Source: Neodothiora populina
Lineage: Eukaryota
NCBI RefSeq assembly: GCF_041146345.1
Contig: NW_027191409.1
Location: forward strand, 1,364,001-1,428,000
Reading direction: 5' to 3'
DNA length: 64,000 nt
Positions 23,631-35,791 of this stretch are shown here, piece after piece (positions within the stretch are counted from its first letter, which is position 1; every line of letters begins with the position of its first letter). The notes beneath the pieces were generated by a model. The model saw only the letters and a program-made list of their open reading frames with translations. It had not been told where the DNA came from and searched no databases. Both the position numbers and the translations under genes were made by a program.

Positions 23631-23831
23631 CTTTTCGTATCAGCAGAGCGAAGCGACGAATCAGTCCCGTAAGCAGAAATGGTGGAGAACAAACAGCTGA
23701 AGGCGACGGTTGTATACTTCCGTAGACCCAACCGTGTTAACAGTCGACCGCAACGCGCCACCGGGACGGAAATGAGTGCTTGTACCTTACGTTTTACCAG
23801 GCAAGATAGGTGTGTAGATGATGATGCTGAT
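23631..23831 (-). ncRNA. Candidate structured non-coding RNA, family unassigned
   Basis: Nested stems (ATCAGCA/TGCTGAT, GTCCCG/CGGGAC, GTGG/CCAC, ACGGTTG/CAACCGT) with GGAA tetraloop on minus strand; upstream TATA; no ATG-initiated ORF of note. Confidence 0.45.
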
Positions 23832-24074
23832 CTGTTGTTTGTTGTCAAGTGGTGTTTGTTTTGTGGATTGTTTTCCGGCTGATTGTGGGTTTGGTATTTG
23901 GTGGCTTGGGTGTTATATATGAGGCCAGAGGAACGTGTGGTCGGTCTGTATGAGCAGCTGAATCATGTGCTCGTGTTTTGGTGAGTATTTGATTATATAT
24001 CGTTTCCTTGGTACTATTTCATTTTTATTCTGCCTGATCCTCACTGCCGTCCAGCACGGTCATAATATGCCAAA

Positions 24075-24688
24075 TCACCGATTGAACATAGCCCGCTCCC
24101 TCTCCCTCTCCTCTCTCTCCGCCTCCTTTCTAGCTTCGTCGAGGACGAAGTCCCTCCTCTCGTCCCTCAACAGATTGTAGATCCAGAACCAAGTCATACT
24201 TTCGACAAAGCCCATGGTGAAACACAAGTTGTTCTTGATGGCATCGCCAGGCCATCGGGTGCTCTTGAGTGAGCCGAAAGCAGAATCTGCGAGCGAGGAC
24301 GAAGACGAAGTCAGGTAGATGTAGGCGGTCATGAGAAACAATAGGAGCAGGCGGACAGGGGTGACGGTGGTCCAGTACTCGAGAGCGCTGCGGGTGGGTA
24401 GGGAGGCGGCCAGGAGATCGGAGACGGAGAGGAAGATCAGGACTAATGCGCACAGCGCTGTTGCTTCTGTGGGCTTGTTGAAGGCGCCTGTGGGGGGCTG
24501 TTGCATGCGGTCAGTACTCGTGTTGCTCCATCTGTTCAAGTGAAACGTACAATCTGCATCGCCCCGCCGAAGATGACGACTATGTTCTGCTCTGCCACAG
24601 TCTTTGGACTGACGAACATGAAGTATGCAACGGTGATGTGGAAGAGGGAGAGCGCCCGGATGACGCTGAATGCTGAGAAGACACCCAT
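24075..24688 (-). CDS. ILM1: Ilm1-family membrane protein (increased loss of mitochondrial DNA)
   Basis: MGVFSAFSVIRALSLFHITVAY; intron ~24505-24550; SDL, YW...PVRL, KNNLCFTMGFVE..WFWIY..LRDER motifs typical of the family. Confidence 0.8.
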
Positions 24689-25029
24689 TCTTGCAGGATG
24701 GAAAGCAAGGTAGGACAAGATCAAGTGACTGCAAGCGGCAAGCAAGAAGAGACAGATTATCCTGCTGGTGGCATACAAAGTATCGGTGTTTCGTATGTCA
24801 AAAGGAGAATCATCGGCTAAACAGCTTCACCGCGACATCATCTTGCCTTAACTCCGACCTAAGCTCCATAACGTGACAGGCAGTTACTTTAACTGCTTGT
24901 GCTAATTACAGTAGCTTGTATATTGTTATCTGCGATCAATAGATTCCTCTGCTCCTCCACACCTCCGCAATTCCTCGCTTCCAGTCTTGCTCTTCACTGA
25001 CACTGATCAGTGGACTCGAGCCAATTGCC

Positions 25030-26798
25030 ATGAATTCCAATCGTGACTCTCTGAGGGTCAAGATGGCCGTAGAACGAGCACCGTTGTTGGAGAACCCATG
25101 GCATGACCAGCCTTCTGTACGGCCAGTCACACTTTACGGCCACACTAGGCGGTCAAGGTCTTTCCTACACTACGCTGTCTTCACTACGCTGCTGATTGCA
25201 GCTGTGTGTATGTATTGTCTCGGGCTCCTGCCAGATGGCTATTCCACGCTCTCCGCTGCCGAGAGAGTATTGGTGAAACATCCTTTGATCGGTAAGCTTG
25301 TCATTCTCGCCATGTGTGCTACCCCAATTGTGTGTGCATTTTGCAATATCTGCAATATGGCGACCATATTACTGCTTCCTCATCTCAATGTCGATGTTGC
25401 TACACAGAAGACCCCTGCAGTCTTACTTCCGTTCTCTTGCTAGGCATTGAATTGTGACAAACCAAGAATCACCACTGATAAGCTTCCGTATCAGATGGCC
25501 ACAATGATTTGATGATCCTGCTGCGATTCGCAAACCGTGACCACATCTATACTCCCGAGTTCAAGGACAAGTTTGAGAATGGCGGTATGCTGGGTCATGT
25601 CGACATTCCTCGACTTGAGGCTGGGCGTGTGGGAGGCTCCTTCTGGAGTGCCTTTGTGGAGTGTCCCATGAACGGATCCGACTTTTCCGACGCAAACTAT
25701 GCACCTTGTAGGTTACTGGTTTCCATTCTCGACGTTCTTTGTTCCATTGCTTTCATAAGCCTGCGCGGTCGCATCGAGAAGAACGATTGCGGTGCTCTCA
25801 GTAAAGCTTCTACCAAAACCAATTTGTCCATTAAGTCAATCCTTGCCATCGTGCTAACATAGCATCTAGTCGTGAAGGCCACAATCGAGCAGATTGATCT
25901 GTACCATCGTTTGTCCGCGCTGTACCCAAAGTACTTCACCCCTGCCCCCAACAGCCAGGCTGCAGAACAGGCGTTTGGTTCCGGCCGTCTCATTTCTCCA
26001 CTGGGAATTGAGGGACTGCACCAAATCGGGAACTCGATCAGCACCCTGCGTCTCTATCACAGTCTCGGAGTGCGCTACGCAACCCTGACATGGAACTGCC
26101 ACAACATCTATGCCGACGCCGCAATGACCTCCAACGTCAAGGGCGAAACCGGCGTCAGCACACCTCTCTGGCACGGCGTCTCACCCGCAGGAAGACTGCT
26201 CATCCGAGAGATGAACAGGCTCGGCATGCTCGTAGACCTCTCTCACGTCAGCGTCAACACCATGCGAGACGTCCTCGGCGCAGGCCACAAAGCCTGGAAC
26301 GGCAGTCTGGCACCCCCAATCTTCTCTCACTCCAGCGCATACAGCATCTGCCCGCACCCACGCAACGTCCCCGACGATGTCCTGCACCTCGTCAAAGAGC
26401 GCCGCGGTCTCGTCATGGTAAACTTCAGCCCGGACTTCATCTCGTGCAAACCCAGCAATTCCTCCTCCGGCATCCCCGACTTCGTGGACGAAACCAGCAC
26501 CCTCCACCAAGTCGCCAGACACATCATGTATATCGGCGACCTGATAGGCTACGACCACGTCGGGCTGGGCACTGACTACGACGGCATACCCTCGACGCCC
26601 AGGGGCCTCGAGGACGTGAGCAAGTTCCCTGATCTCGTGGCGCATCTGTTGGATCTGGGCGTCAGCGAGGCCGACGCGGGGAAGATTGTCGGCAGGAATC
26701 TGTTGAGGGTTTGGAGAGAGGCGGATGAGGTCAGTGAGAGGATGAAGAGGGAAGGGGTTTTGCCTCTGGAGGATGATGTGCAGATTGGGGCATCGTAG
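25030..26798 (+). CDS. Membrane dipeptidase (peptidase M19) with N-terminal transmembrane anchor; start at 25030 or 25063
   Basis: PLIDGHNDL across intron ~25292-25494, GHVDIPRL, GIEGLHQIGNS, EMNRLGMLVDLSH, FSHSSAY, HPRNVPD, GLGTDYDG; second intron ~25709-25870. Confidence 0.93.
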
Positions 26799-27198
26799 TA
26801 CAAGGACGCGAGCACTGTGATTCCCGCTGTGGAGAGGGTTATAGTTAGGCATGTCCATACCAAGCTGACGATAGCTGATGATGATGATGATGGCGATGAT
26901 GACGGATTGATAGTGTACAGCTTGGCAGTTCAACAATGTGTACGTGGACGTTTTCACTGCAGATGAAAATGAAGACCCAATCGCTCATGTTTCAACCATG
27001 CAATCTTCCTTTGACGTATTGTCACAAAAGACGAACCCAGGAGAGACAGGTTCAAAAGCCATAATCAACCACGGTCATCCTCGAGCAACGAATCCGAGTA
27101 CTCGTTTCATCAACAACTGTTGATCTTCAGCTAGGTAGCTGAGTCATCTTCTCATCAAGTCATGATAGATAGACCGACGAGAGGTAAAGAAGTCGGAA

Positions 27199-30100
27199 TC
27201 AGAGCAATTGAACCGCAGCAACCAGCGCCTCAAGCGCCGCCGACGCCTGCTCACTCTCACTCTCACCAGCGACCAACCCGCCCAACATCCTAGACAAATA
27301 CACCAACCTCTTGACCGCGCCCTCGTCCTCCATCTTCTTACTCTGCACAGCCGCGACATCGAGCACGCTCGTGGGCACACCCGCCAGCCGGGCGACGTTC
27401 AGCCCATAGCTTCTGTGCGCGACGCCCTCGCCGACTTCATACAGAAAGGTCACGTCCGGGTGGCCGTCGGCGCCGACGTCTTCTCTGAATTTCATGTGCA
27501 CGTTCTTGAGTTCGCCGGCGGTGTACTGCTCGCTGAGACGCGCCAGGGCCTGGTAGTGGGTGATGAAGAGGGTCAGGGCTTTGGAGTCGCGCACGACATA
27601 GTCCAGCACTGCTTGGGCGATGGCGACGCCGTCGTGCGTGCTTGTGCCGCGGCCTAGCTCGTCGAGGATGATGAGGCTTCGAGGGGTGGCTTGCTTTAGG
27701 ATGTCGCTTGTTTCGGATAGCTCGACCATGAAGGTGCTTTCGCCTTTGAGCATGTTGTCGAAGGCGCCCATGCGAGTGAAGACGGCGTCGAGGAGGGAGA
27801 GGCGGGCGGAGGAGGCGGGCACCCACGAGCCGATCTGCGCCATGATGGATATCAGGGCGACGGAGCGCACGTACGAGGACTTGCCGCCCATGTTTGGGCC
27901 GGTGATGAGTAGAGCTCGTTCGCGAGAGGAGAGAGCGATGTCGTTGGGGACGTAGGCGTCTAGCAGGAGCTGCTCGACCATGGGATGGCGTGCTTCGGAT
28001 ACTTCGATGCAAACTTGGGTTGGATCAGTGACGAACTCGGGTTTGGTGTAGCCGGGCTGAGACGCAATCTCCGCGAGCGAAAGTAGGCAATCCAGCGTCG
28101 CGAGTGATTGGATGCAGTCACGGAAGACTTGGTATTTGGTGCCGATCTCGCCGAGGAGGGTGGTGAAAGCGGCGTCGCAGGCATTCGCCAGGGCTTCCTT
28201 GTGTTGCTCGCGCTCTCGGATGAATTTAATGACTTCTGGAGTGTGGAAGCGCGAGAGCTTCTTGGTCCCGCTGACTTTGATCCATGACGCGGGCACGTTC
28301 TTGAGCTGGGTGTTATCGACTTCGATCAGGAATTCTATCCCCGATGATGTGGCGTATTCGACTTTTGGTTTCTTCAGCCGTCCTGCGGCTTCTGCGCGGT
28401 GCTCGTTCAAGTCATGTTCAACAGTGACGATGCCGATACGGTGGTTTGTGATGTCTTCAGTCTCATATTCTTCGCGGAAGAAGGAGTACTTGTCGTCGTT
28501 CTTTGCTGCTTCCAGATTGATCCTGTCCAAGTACGACACCACGTCGTCAGAGATCTGTGGCAATGATGCGATTGCGTCGGCGAGCATGTCTGACTTGAAG
28601 CCAGAGTCAGCGGGCGATTTGACGTGTGCGTATTCGTTGGCGATTGTTTGAAGGGTTTGCAGAACAGTAAGAAGCTCGGGACGAGCACACTTCGTGTAGT
28701 AAATTCGGATAAGCGATTTTTCCAAGTCGCCCTTGACCCGCTTGAGCAGGTTTTTGATCCTGTCGACCGGATCCACCCTGTCATTATCTAGAAGCTCCTC
28801 TACAGCTGTGATGCGTCGATCAAGCTGAATCTGGTCTAATAAGGGTCTGCCGACCCATTTTCTGAGCAAGCGTTGACCAAAGCGAGTCTGTGTGCGATCG
28901 AGAGTCCAGAACAGACTTCCTTTGTCCATAAAATCAGTTTGATTCTGGTAGATCTCGAGGGACGACAAGGTGTTTCCATTCAACAGCATGTGGGCTCTGG
29001 CACTGAAAGACTGAAAGTACTTTGTCAGGTCGAAGACATGCTCGAGACCGTAGTCGGTGAGGTGAGTGATCATTGCGGAAAGGCAGACGGTGACGAGTTC
29101 GGACAGCTGATGAACCTTGTCCAGCATGGCCGATTTATCCTCGGAAGAATCATCCGGCTTGAGCTTGCCTGCATAGAAGTTCGAGATGTGGCTATAGGCC
29201 TCGGCAGCCATTGTTTTAGGTTTCTCGACTCGTTCGACTCGTGCCCTGTCACCGAAGACATTGACCTTACTGCCCGACAGATGCTGTACTAGCTTGTCAG
29301 TGGCCTTGGAGACGTCTCCGACTATCAAGAACTCGCAAGGGGCGATATGTAGCAGTCGGGTCTCGAGTTCGCTGCGCATGAAGCCGTCCTCGAAATCGTC
29401 GTATATGACATCTCCGGTGGTCGGCTGGACGGCAACGATGCCAATGCGGACCCTTTCGTCAGAGCCCCAGCCTTTCGCGCCTGTCTCGGTCAAGCAGAGG
29501 AGATGTCCTGTCGAATGGGCACCACCTGCAGGTGCGGCGGTAGGTCCATCCAAGCCCTCCATGTCGTCAATGTAGGTGCCTTTGGTGTACAGGTTCGTGA
29601 GCTTGCGGACGAAGGGCGCGTTCCGATTGTCACCAGCCTTTTTCAAGGCAGCAGTTTCAAGCTGGCGCACGACACCGACTTTGTGGCCGGCGGAGACGAG
29701 ACGCTTGACGTGGACATGCAGACGATGGGTGGGGAAACTGGCCGAGGCGAATCGGTCGAGGTGTGCTTCGGATGCATGTTCGTCGTATCTCATCTTGCCA
29801 GGGATGCAGACGATTCCCAGCTCCTTGGCTACTGTCCTCGCATCCTCTCCAAAGAAGCGGAACTTGTAGCCAACTTCGACAACAAGCAGAGTGTCCATGT
29901 GCTTTTTCTTGATGTCGATGACCTGTTTTTCCATCGGGGTCAGTTTGTTGGTCGACTTCTTGGCGGCAGCGCCCTTTCTGCCTTTTGGCTTGGGCGCCTC
30001 TTCCTCGTCCTCTTCGGCAACATCGTCTGCGTCGGCGTGCTCGGTCTCTTCGAAGATGAAGTGATTGCGACGCTTGATCTCGGCGATACTGTCTGGACGA

Positions 30101-30774
30101 CCGAGTTTCTGGACGAATCTCTTGTGCATGCGCTCGCGGTACTTGCGACGTTCTTCGTCATCGTCTTCCTGTGGCTGTTGTGTTTTGGAGGGCGAGAAGA
30201 GGTATCTAGAGGTGCGTTCGGTGACGGCAGATCTTTTGGGTGGGTCTGCTTTGGCAGCCGAGGATAACTGGGTTGGTGGTGTTGTTTCTATCGTTTCAAG
30301 CTCTTGCTGCAGCAGCATATGATCGTCATCACCGGTCCGAGGAGCCTCGTTCTCCACATCTTCATCGTTGATGATTGTCCGGCGCAGCCTCTTTGCGCGC
30401 GGAGGTCTGTCTACATGGCTGTCATCGTCGTTGTCGTCGTGGTTGGAGAAGCGTTTCAAGACTCCATTGCTCTGCTTTGTGGGTGGAGGATCTGGCGCGA
30501 CAAATAAGTCCGAGGCATCAGCGACAGGAGCATCTTCTTGTGATGGAGCAGTTCCATTGGAGTTTGTGGTGGGCGTGGGAGTAGTCGAGTCTGGCTTTCG
30601 CGTGGGTGGGTTTGAGTCTTTGCGGGTATTATTGCGTGGCGTTGGAGCAACAGCAGCAGCAGCAGCGGCGGCGGCGGCGGCGGCGGGTCTCTTGAAGAAG
30701 CTGGAGATGGTCTGTTGTTTCTTCTGGCCTGGTTGCGAAGAGTGTGGCGCTGACGGAGTCCTGCTCGGCGCCAT
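27199..30774 (-). CDS. MSH3: DNA mismatch repair protein Msh3 (MutS-beta)
   Basis: PIP box [30 protein letters not shown] (Msh3-type YK); Walker [26 protein letters not shown]. Confidence 0.97.
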   Translation of the reverse strand: MAPSRTPSAPHSSQPGQKKQQTISSFFKRPAAAAAAAAAAAVAPTPRNNTRKDSNPPTRKPDSTTPTPTTNSNGTAPSQEDAPVADASDLFVAPDPPPTKQSNGVLKRFSNHDDNDDDSHVDRPPRAKRLRRTIINDEDVENEAPRTGDDDHMLLQQELETIETTPPTQLSSAAKADPPKRSAVTERTSRYLFSPSKTQQPQEDDDEERRKYRERMHKRFVQKLGRPDSIAEIKRRNHFIFEETEHADADDVAEEDEEEAPKPKGRKGAAAKKSTNKLTPMEKQVIDIKKKHMDTLLVVEVGYKFRFFGEDARTVAKELGIVCIPGKMRYDEHASEAHLDRFASASFPTHRLHVHVKRLVSAGHKVGVVRQLETAALKKAGDNRNAPFVRKLTNLYTKGTYIDDMEGLDGPTAAPAGGAHSTGHLLCLTETGAKGWGSDERVRIGIVAVQPTTGDVIYDDFEDGFMRSELETRLLHIAPCEFLIVGDVSKATDKLVQHLSGSKVNVFGDRARVERVEKPKTMAAEAYSHISNFYAGKLKPDDSSEDKSAMLDKVHQLSELVTVCLSAMITHLTDYGLEHVFDLTKYFQSFSARAHMLLNGNTLSSLEIYQNQTDFMDKGSLFWTLDRTQTRFGQRLLRKWVGRPLLDQIQLDRRITAVEELLDNDRVDPVDRIKNLLKRVKGDLEKSLIRIYYTKCARPELLTVLQTLQTIANEYAHVKSPADSGFKSDMLADAIASLPQISDDVVSYLDRINLEAAKNDDKYSFFREEYETEDITNHRIGIVTVEHDLNEHRAEAAGRLKKPKVEYATSSGIEFLIEVDNTQLKNVPASWIKVSGTKKLSRFHTPEVIKFIREREQHKEALANACDAAFTTLLGEIGTKYQVFRDCIQSLATLDCLLSLAEIASQPGYTKPEFVTDPTQVCIEVSEARHPMVEQLLLDAYVPNDIALSSRERALLITGPNMGGKSSYVRSVALISIMAQIGSWVPASSARLSLLDAVFTRMGAFDNMLKGESTFMVELSETSDILKQATPRSLIILDELGRGTSTHDGVAIAQAVLDYVVRDSKALTLFITHYQALARLSEQYTAGELKNVHMKFREDVGADGHPDVTFLYEVGEGVAHRSYGLNVARLAGVPTSVLDVAAVQSKKMEDEGAVKRLVYLSRMLGGLVAGESESEQASAALEALVAAVQLL

Positions 30775-30859
30775 TGACTCTTTGTGTGAGTGTGGAACAA
30801 GTCAGGAAGAATGATTTAATTGACATTGACTGTTAACAGTAACGGCAACTGCACCTCCA

Positions 30860-31020
30860 GGAGCACGCGTGTTCGCGTAAAGCACAGGCAGGTACCACGA
30901 GTCATGTATCTTGCCGAGGAAGGTACACGTCCTTAGCCAAAGACGCGCTAGGGACGCGAGTTTGATTGATCCAGACCGCGTCGATTGTCGAATCTCGTGT
31001 TTTGTCCATCTCGTGTTTCG
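30860..31020. promoter_or_regulatory. Cluster of MCB/SCB-like elements in MSH3-CDC6 bidirectional promoter
   Basis: ACGCGT 30865, TCGCGT 30873, ACGCG 30943, ACGCGA 30954, CGCGTC 30977, ATCTCGTGTTT twice (30992, 31008). Confidence 0.7.
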
Positions 31021-31200
31021 ATATCAATTATCAATTATTCAATGACTGCCATTCTGTTCCGTCGCTATTCCATCGTTGCTGCCATCCGTCAATTGCATTA
31101 TTCCGAATACTCTTAGCGACCTCTGTATTGCTTGATTGATCTCTATCAGTCTAACATAGACCCTGTCCGCATTGCTTCTCTACAGCCTTAACAACAAAAC

Positions 31201-33436
31201 ATGGTCTCGGTACTGGGAAAGCGCACGAGGGCTCCAGTCTGCCCAGGTAAGGACATATAGTCCATGCCAGGAAAAGAAAGAACACAGCAGTCTGACAGCA
31301 AGAACAGCAGCAGCAGAGAGCACGGGAGTGCAGACGCGAGCCAAGCGCCGCTCAGTCGCCATTCTGGGCAACAACGAAAACGACAACCCATTCATCACGA
31401 AAAGGACGGCAGAGGAAGGAGACACAGAAAGCCCAGAGACTCCGACGAAGACTCAGACGCGGCCGGCCAAACACGGACTCTCACACTCTCGCGTCTCGAC
31501 GCCGAATGCCAAAATCAACAACTTGTTCTCCGTCACCAAATCCGCCTCTTCGGCCAGCGTGCGCAGAGACGACAAGGCAAGCCCAGCCTCGACTCCACAG
31601 ACACCGCGTCACCGGGATGCTTTGTCCAAGAAGATTGCAATTACTCCTCGACACCGCCTTCACCTGCCAGGCAACAGTCCCGCGACTCCCTCGTCGCCTT
31701 CGACGCCATCCACCGCCGCAGCCAATGTCTACAACCGCGCCCGTCAGTTGTTTGCCAGATGCACCGATCCGGCCGTCTTGATCGGAAGAGAAGAAGAGAA
31801 GCGACAGCTGTCGGCATTTGTGTCTGCTTCCGTCGAGTCTACTCAGGGCGGCTGTTTGTACATCTCTGGTCCTCCTGGAACCGGCAAGAGCGCATTTGTC
31901 CAAGGAGTCTGTAAAGCTCTTCCGACCGTCGACAACACCGCCATGACGACGGTCAATTGCATGAGCGTCAAGAGCGCCAAGGACCTCGCCACAACACTGT
32001 GTGATCAGCTGGAAATCGTCAACGAGCATCCTCGAGGCGCCGACTTTGACTTTTTGCGCACTTATTTCCTGGCTGGAGGACAAGAAAAGAAATACATTGT
32101 CGTGTTGGACGAGATTGACCGACTCGTGGATCTGGACCTCAAGCTTCTTTATAATCTCTTCGAGTGGTCCATGCTGCCGACCTCGAACCTCATTCTTATC
32201 GGTATAGCCAACGCTTTAGATTTGACCGACCGCTTCCTGCCTCGTCTCAAGTCGCGCAGCTTGAAGCCCGAGCTGCTCCCTTTTATGCCCTACACGGCGC
32301 CGCAGATTGCAAACATCATCACTTCGAAGCTGCAGTCACTTCTGGAGCTCGAGGAGTCGACGACGTCAGCGGAAGTATCATCGTCAACAGCAGTTCCTCC
32401 AAACTTCGTACCTTTTCTACACCCTGCCGCCATCCAATTCATATCCAAAAAGGTCGCTTCCCAGACCGGTGATTTACGGAAAGCCTTCGACATCGCCTCT
32501 CGTGCGATTGCGCTTGTCGAGTCCGAGACGAAAGCCAATATTGCTCGCCAGCGACTCGAACAGCAGTCGTCTTCACAATCGCCTTCGAAGACTCTGGCCA
32601 CGCCGACGAAAGTGGCGCCTCTGATGGAGAACATCAACCTCGCCTCTCCACCAGCGGCAGCAGCAGCAGCAGCAGCAACAGCGACGAAACAAACAACGAC
32701 ATCCTCATTTCTGTATTCTTCGTCTTCGTCATCCCTATCCCACCTAACAACCACCACCGCGCCTCGAGCCACAATCGCCCACGCGGCCAAAATCACCGCC
32801 CAGATCTTCGGCAACGGCGCGACGCAGCGTCTGGCACACCTGAACGTGCAGCAGAAAGCCGTCCTGTGCACACTAGCAAGCATCGAGAAACAAAAAGCCT
32901 CTTCTTCTTCAGCACTCCCCCCTGCAACACCGCGAAAACGAAACCTCTTCTCAACACCCACCAAATCCCAGAAATTCTCCTCCGTCTCCGTCTCCGTCTC
33001 CACAGAACCCCAGCAGCAGCAAACAGTCAAATCCCTCTACGAGACCTACACCGTCCTCTGCAAGCGCGAAACCCTACTCCACCCGCTCACAAGCACAGAG
33101 TTCAAAGACGTCCTCTCGAGTCTGGAATCTGCATCTCTGATCCAATCCCTCTCTTCTTCTTCTTCTTCTTCTTCTTTTTCATCATCGTCAACCTCGTCGC
33201 CGTTCTCAAAGACCAAAAAACTCCTCACGCCCTCGCGCACGCCGTCGAGGAAGAGAGCAGGAGGGGCAGATGGGAACATCGCGGGCTATTTCGGGGCGGG
33301 AGCGATGGCGGATGATAGGAAAGTGCTGGTTCTGAGCGTTTCTGTGCGCGAGGTCGAGGAGGCTGTCGAGAAGGGGGTTGGGAGTGAGATTTTCAGGGAG
33401 ATCTTGATGGGGACGAGGGCTGGGACTTGTATGTAG
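31201..33436 (+). CDS. CDC6: Replication licensing AAA+ ATPase Cdc6/Cdc18
   Basis: MVSVLGKRTR start at 31201, intron 31247-~31307; LYISGPPGTGKS, VVLDEID, GIANALDLTDRFLPRL, TGDLRKAFDI; many S/T-P CDK sites. Confidence 0.95.
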
Positions 33437-33958
33437 ATGTAGATGTAGAATAAATAGGAGAATTGGATACAGTAGCAAGGATTGAACGTATATAGATGTA
33501 ATGCATAGAGAGAGAGAAGAGAAGAGAAGAGTGATGGATTTCACTTCAGGATTATCCTCCTTTTGGTAAATTTACTCACTTGACCTACCTCACTTTGCCC
33601 TTTTTCGTTCTTTCCACACTCCCGTCGAGATCCCAAATCACCGACTACCCCTGAAAAAGTGCCTTCGTTCAATGCTTTCATGTGATTCCGCTATCATACA
33701 CGTTCAATCAATGACTCGACCTCGACTCTCCGTAAAATCAGTCTTCGTGACTTACTCCCCAGTCGCACTATAATACAAGCCAAAGGTAGTCACTGGGCTT
33801 TGACATGCTCATTGAACTTGTCACACAGCAACTACTATGCCGACTGCCTAACCATCTTCGTGCTCTGATCTTCCACGCCACCTACAATACAAGCCGAGCG
33901 AACCACACAGCCACAAGTATCCTAGCCCCATATCCACAGTCATGAAAGAGAAACCCTT

Positions 33959-35791
33959 CTAGCCGTACCGTCTACATCCAGCCCCACCAGCAGCCCTGGC
34001 ATCGTCAGCACGTCGAGCTTCTTCCTCGAGCATGTCATCGAGACCCGGATATCTCTCAACACCGCTATAGCGAGACTGGCCGCCAGGACTAGACTGGCTA
34101 CCCATGCCGAAAGCAGAACCGCGGTTGCGGCCCGGCTGAGACTTGTAGCTGTCGTAGCTGCTGTAGCTGCGATAGTTGCTGGGTCTAGAAGCAGGGGCTG
34201 AAGAGACCGAAGTGGACCGACCCGACATCCAGGGACGAGGTCGACCGTGGTCATCGATGACAGAATTAGAAGTCGAGCTGCCACTCCTCTCAGACGGCTC
34301 GTGACTGCGAGGCTGAGGAGCGACGTCATGCCCATGAATAACTTTGCTGAAAGATTCGTGCTCACGTGCAGCTGGTCTGACACCGCTGCTACCCTGACCG
34401 GGCGCAGGACTTGGAGCGACTGAACGGTGAATGTTACGAGCAGTGGTATGAGCAGCTTCTCCGACATCGACCATCTTCTTCTCTCCGGCTCTGCCAGGCC
34501 CGGCTACGACAGATGCGTTTTTGTTCTTCAGTCCTGACGCGGCCGCAGCATCATCAAGATCCATGATTTCTCCGCTCTCGAAAAGAGAACCGAGACTACT
34601 GTCGATTTCTTCCTCATCGCCGTTGGCCTTATCATGATCGTCGTGGCCAGGAGGCGTCAAGGCACCAGAACGGTGACGCTTCTCTGGATGAGTGCGATCT
34701 CCAGAAGTCACCTTGCCGTCGCTGGCATTGCCGACACCTCCTAGTCCAGCGATTGGGTACTTGCGCTTGGAGCCACCCTGGGGGGACCACGGCACAAATA
34801 CGCCTTTTGCGGCAGGCAGGTATGGTGCAAACTTACGACCAGCCAGATCTACTGTTCCGCTCGTGGTGCGACCCTCCTTCGGTCGAACCAGCGACGATCC
34901 CTCCGAAGGAGGCGATTCAATCGGTCGAGACCACGTCAGGCTATTGCGTCCAGACATACCAGCAGTCTGGTCGTTGGTCGGTGGCCGAGGCCTGCCTAGA
35001 GGTAGGACATTGGCTCCGGTCTTTCGTGGACCGGCTGGGGAACAAGATTGATCGTCCTCGTTCTTCACGGAGGTGGTGTCCTCACCACTGAGACGGCCAG
35101 ACTCGACCACGACGCGGCGAGCCGGGTGAACGCCCGAGTTGTCGTCAATTCTTGCGTTGGTAGGTGGTGTAGCAGTCAAAGCATTGAGCGTCGCAAGGAG
35201 ATCGGTGGGGATCTTGAACTAGAGCCACATGAATTAGATGAAACTCGTCGTGAAGAAAAACATGAAAAGACTCACGCCCTGCTCAACAAGCTCGTCAACA
35301 ATCTTGCCCACTCTCCTGAGCTTCTGCATCTGCAGCTCGGCAGTCTTGATCGAACGATCAGCAGCGTCCTTGAAGATCTGGACGTCTCGCTTCAATCCGA
35401 AGATGACATTGTCCTGTTCCTGAATTTTGTCACCGACGTAGAGATCGGCCTCTCTTCCATCGATATAGTAATGGTGGGTACCCATTTCAGGCTTGCCCTT
35501 GAGGGCTTTGTCCCAGCGACGAAGCCAGTCAGCTTGCACAGGGGCACATCTGGCAGCATTACCATCCCAAGTGGATCTAGTTCGAGGCACTATCTTCTGC
35601 GGAGAATCCATGCGCTGCTGCATCTGCGAAACGATGAAGTTGAGTCCCCTGATGGTAGTCTCGTGTTGAGAGATGGTACGGCCGCGGTCGCTATACTTGC
35701 GCCTTAATGATATTTCATAAGTTGGGCTATGGGATACATCAGCAAGAGAGTATCGACGGGTGTCTCCACCCCTGTCCCAGTGTGAACCCAT
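33959..35791 (-). CDS. Hypothetical protein (~591 aa), coiled-coil-like N-part and disordered C-part
   Basis: 185-aa and 406-aa ORFs join in frame through a 57-nt intron 35219-35275 (GTGAGT...CTAAT...TAG); no recognised domain. Confidence 0.7.

Noticed and set aside
31172..31200. ORF-track start of CDC6 at 31172
   Set aside because: TTG start reading through intron sequence; the ATG at 31201 plus splicing gives a typical N-terminus
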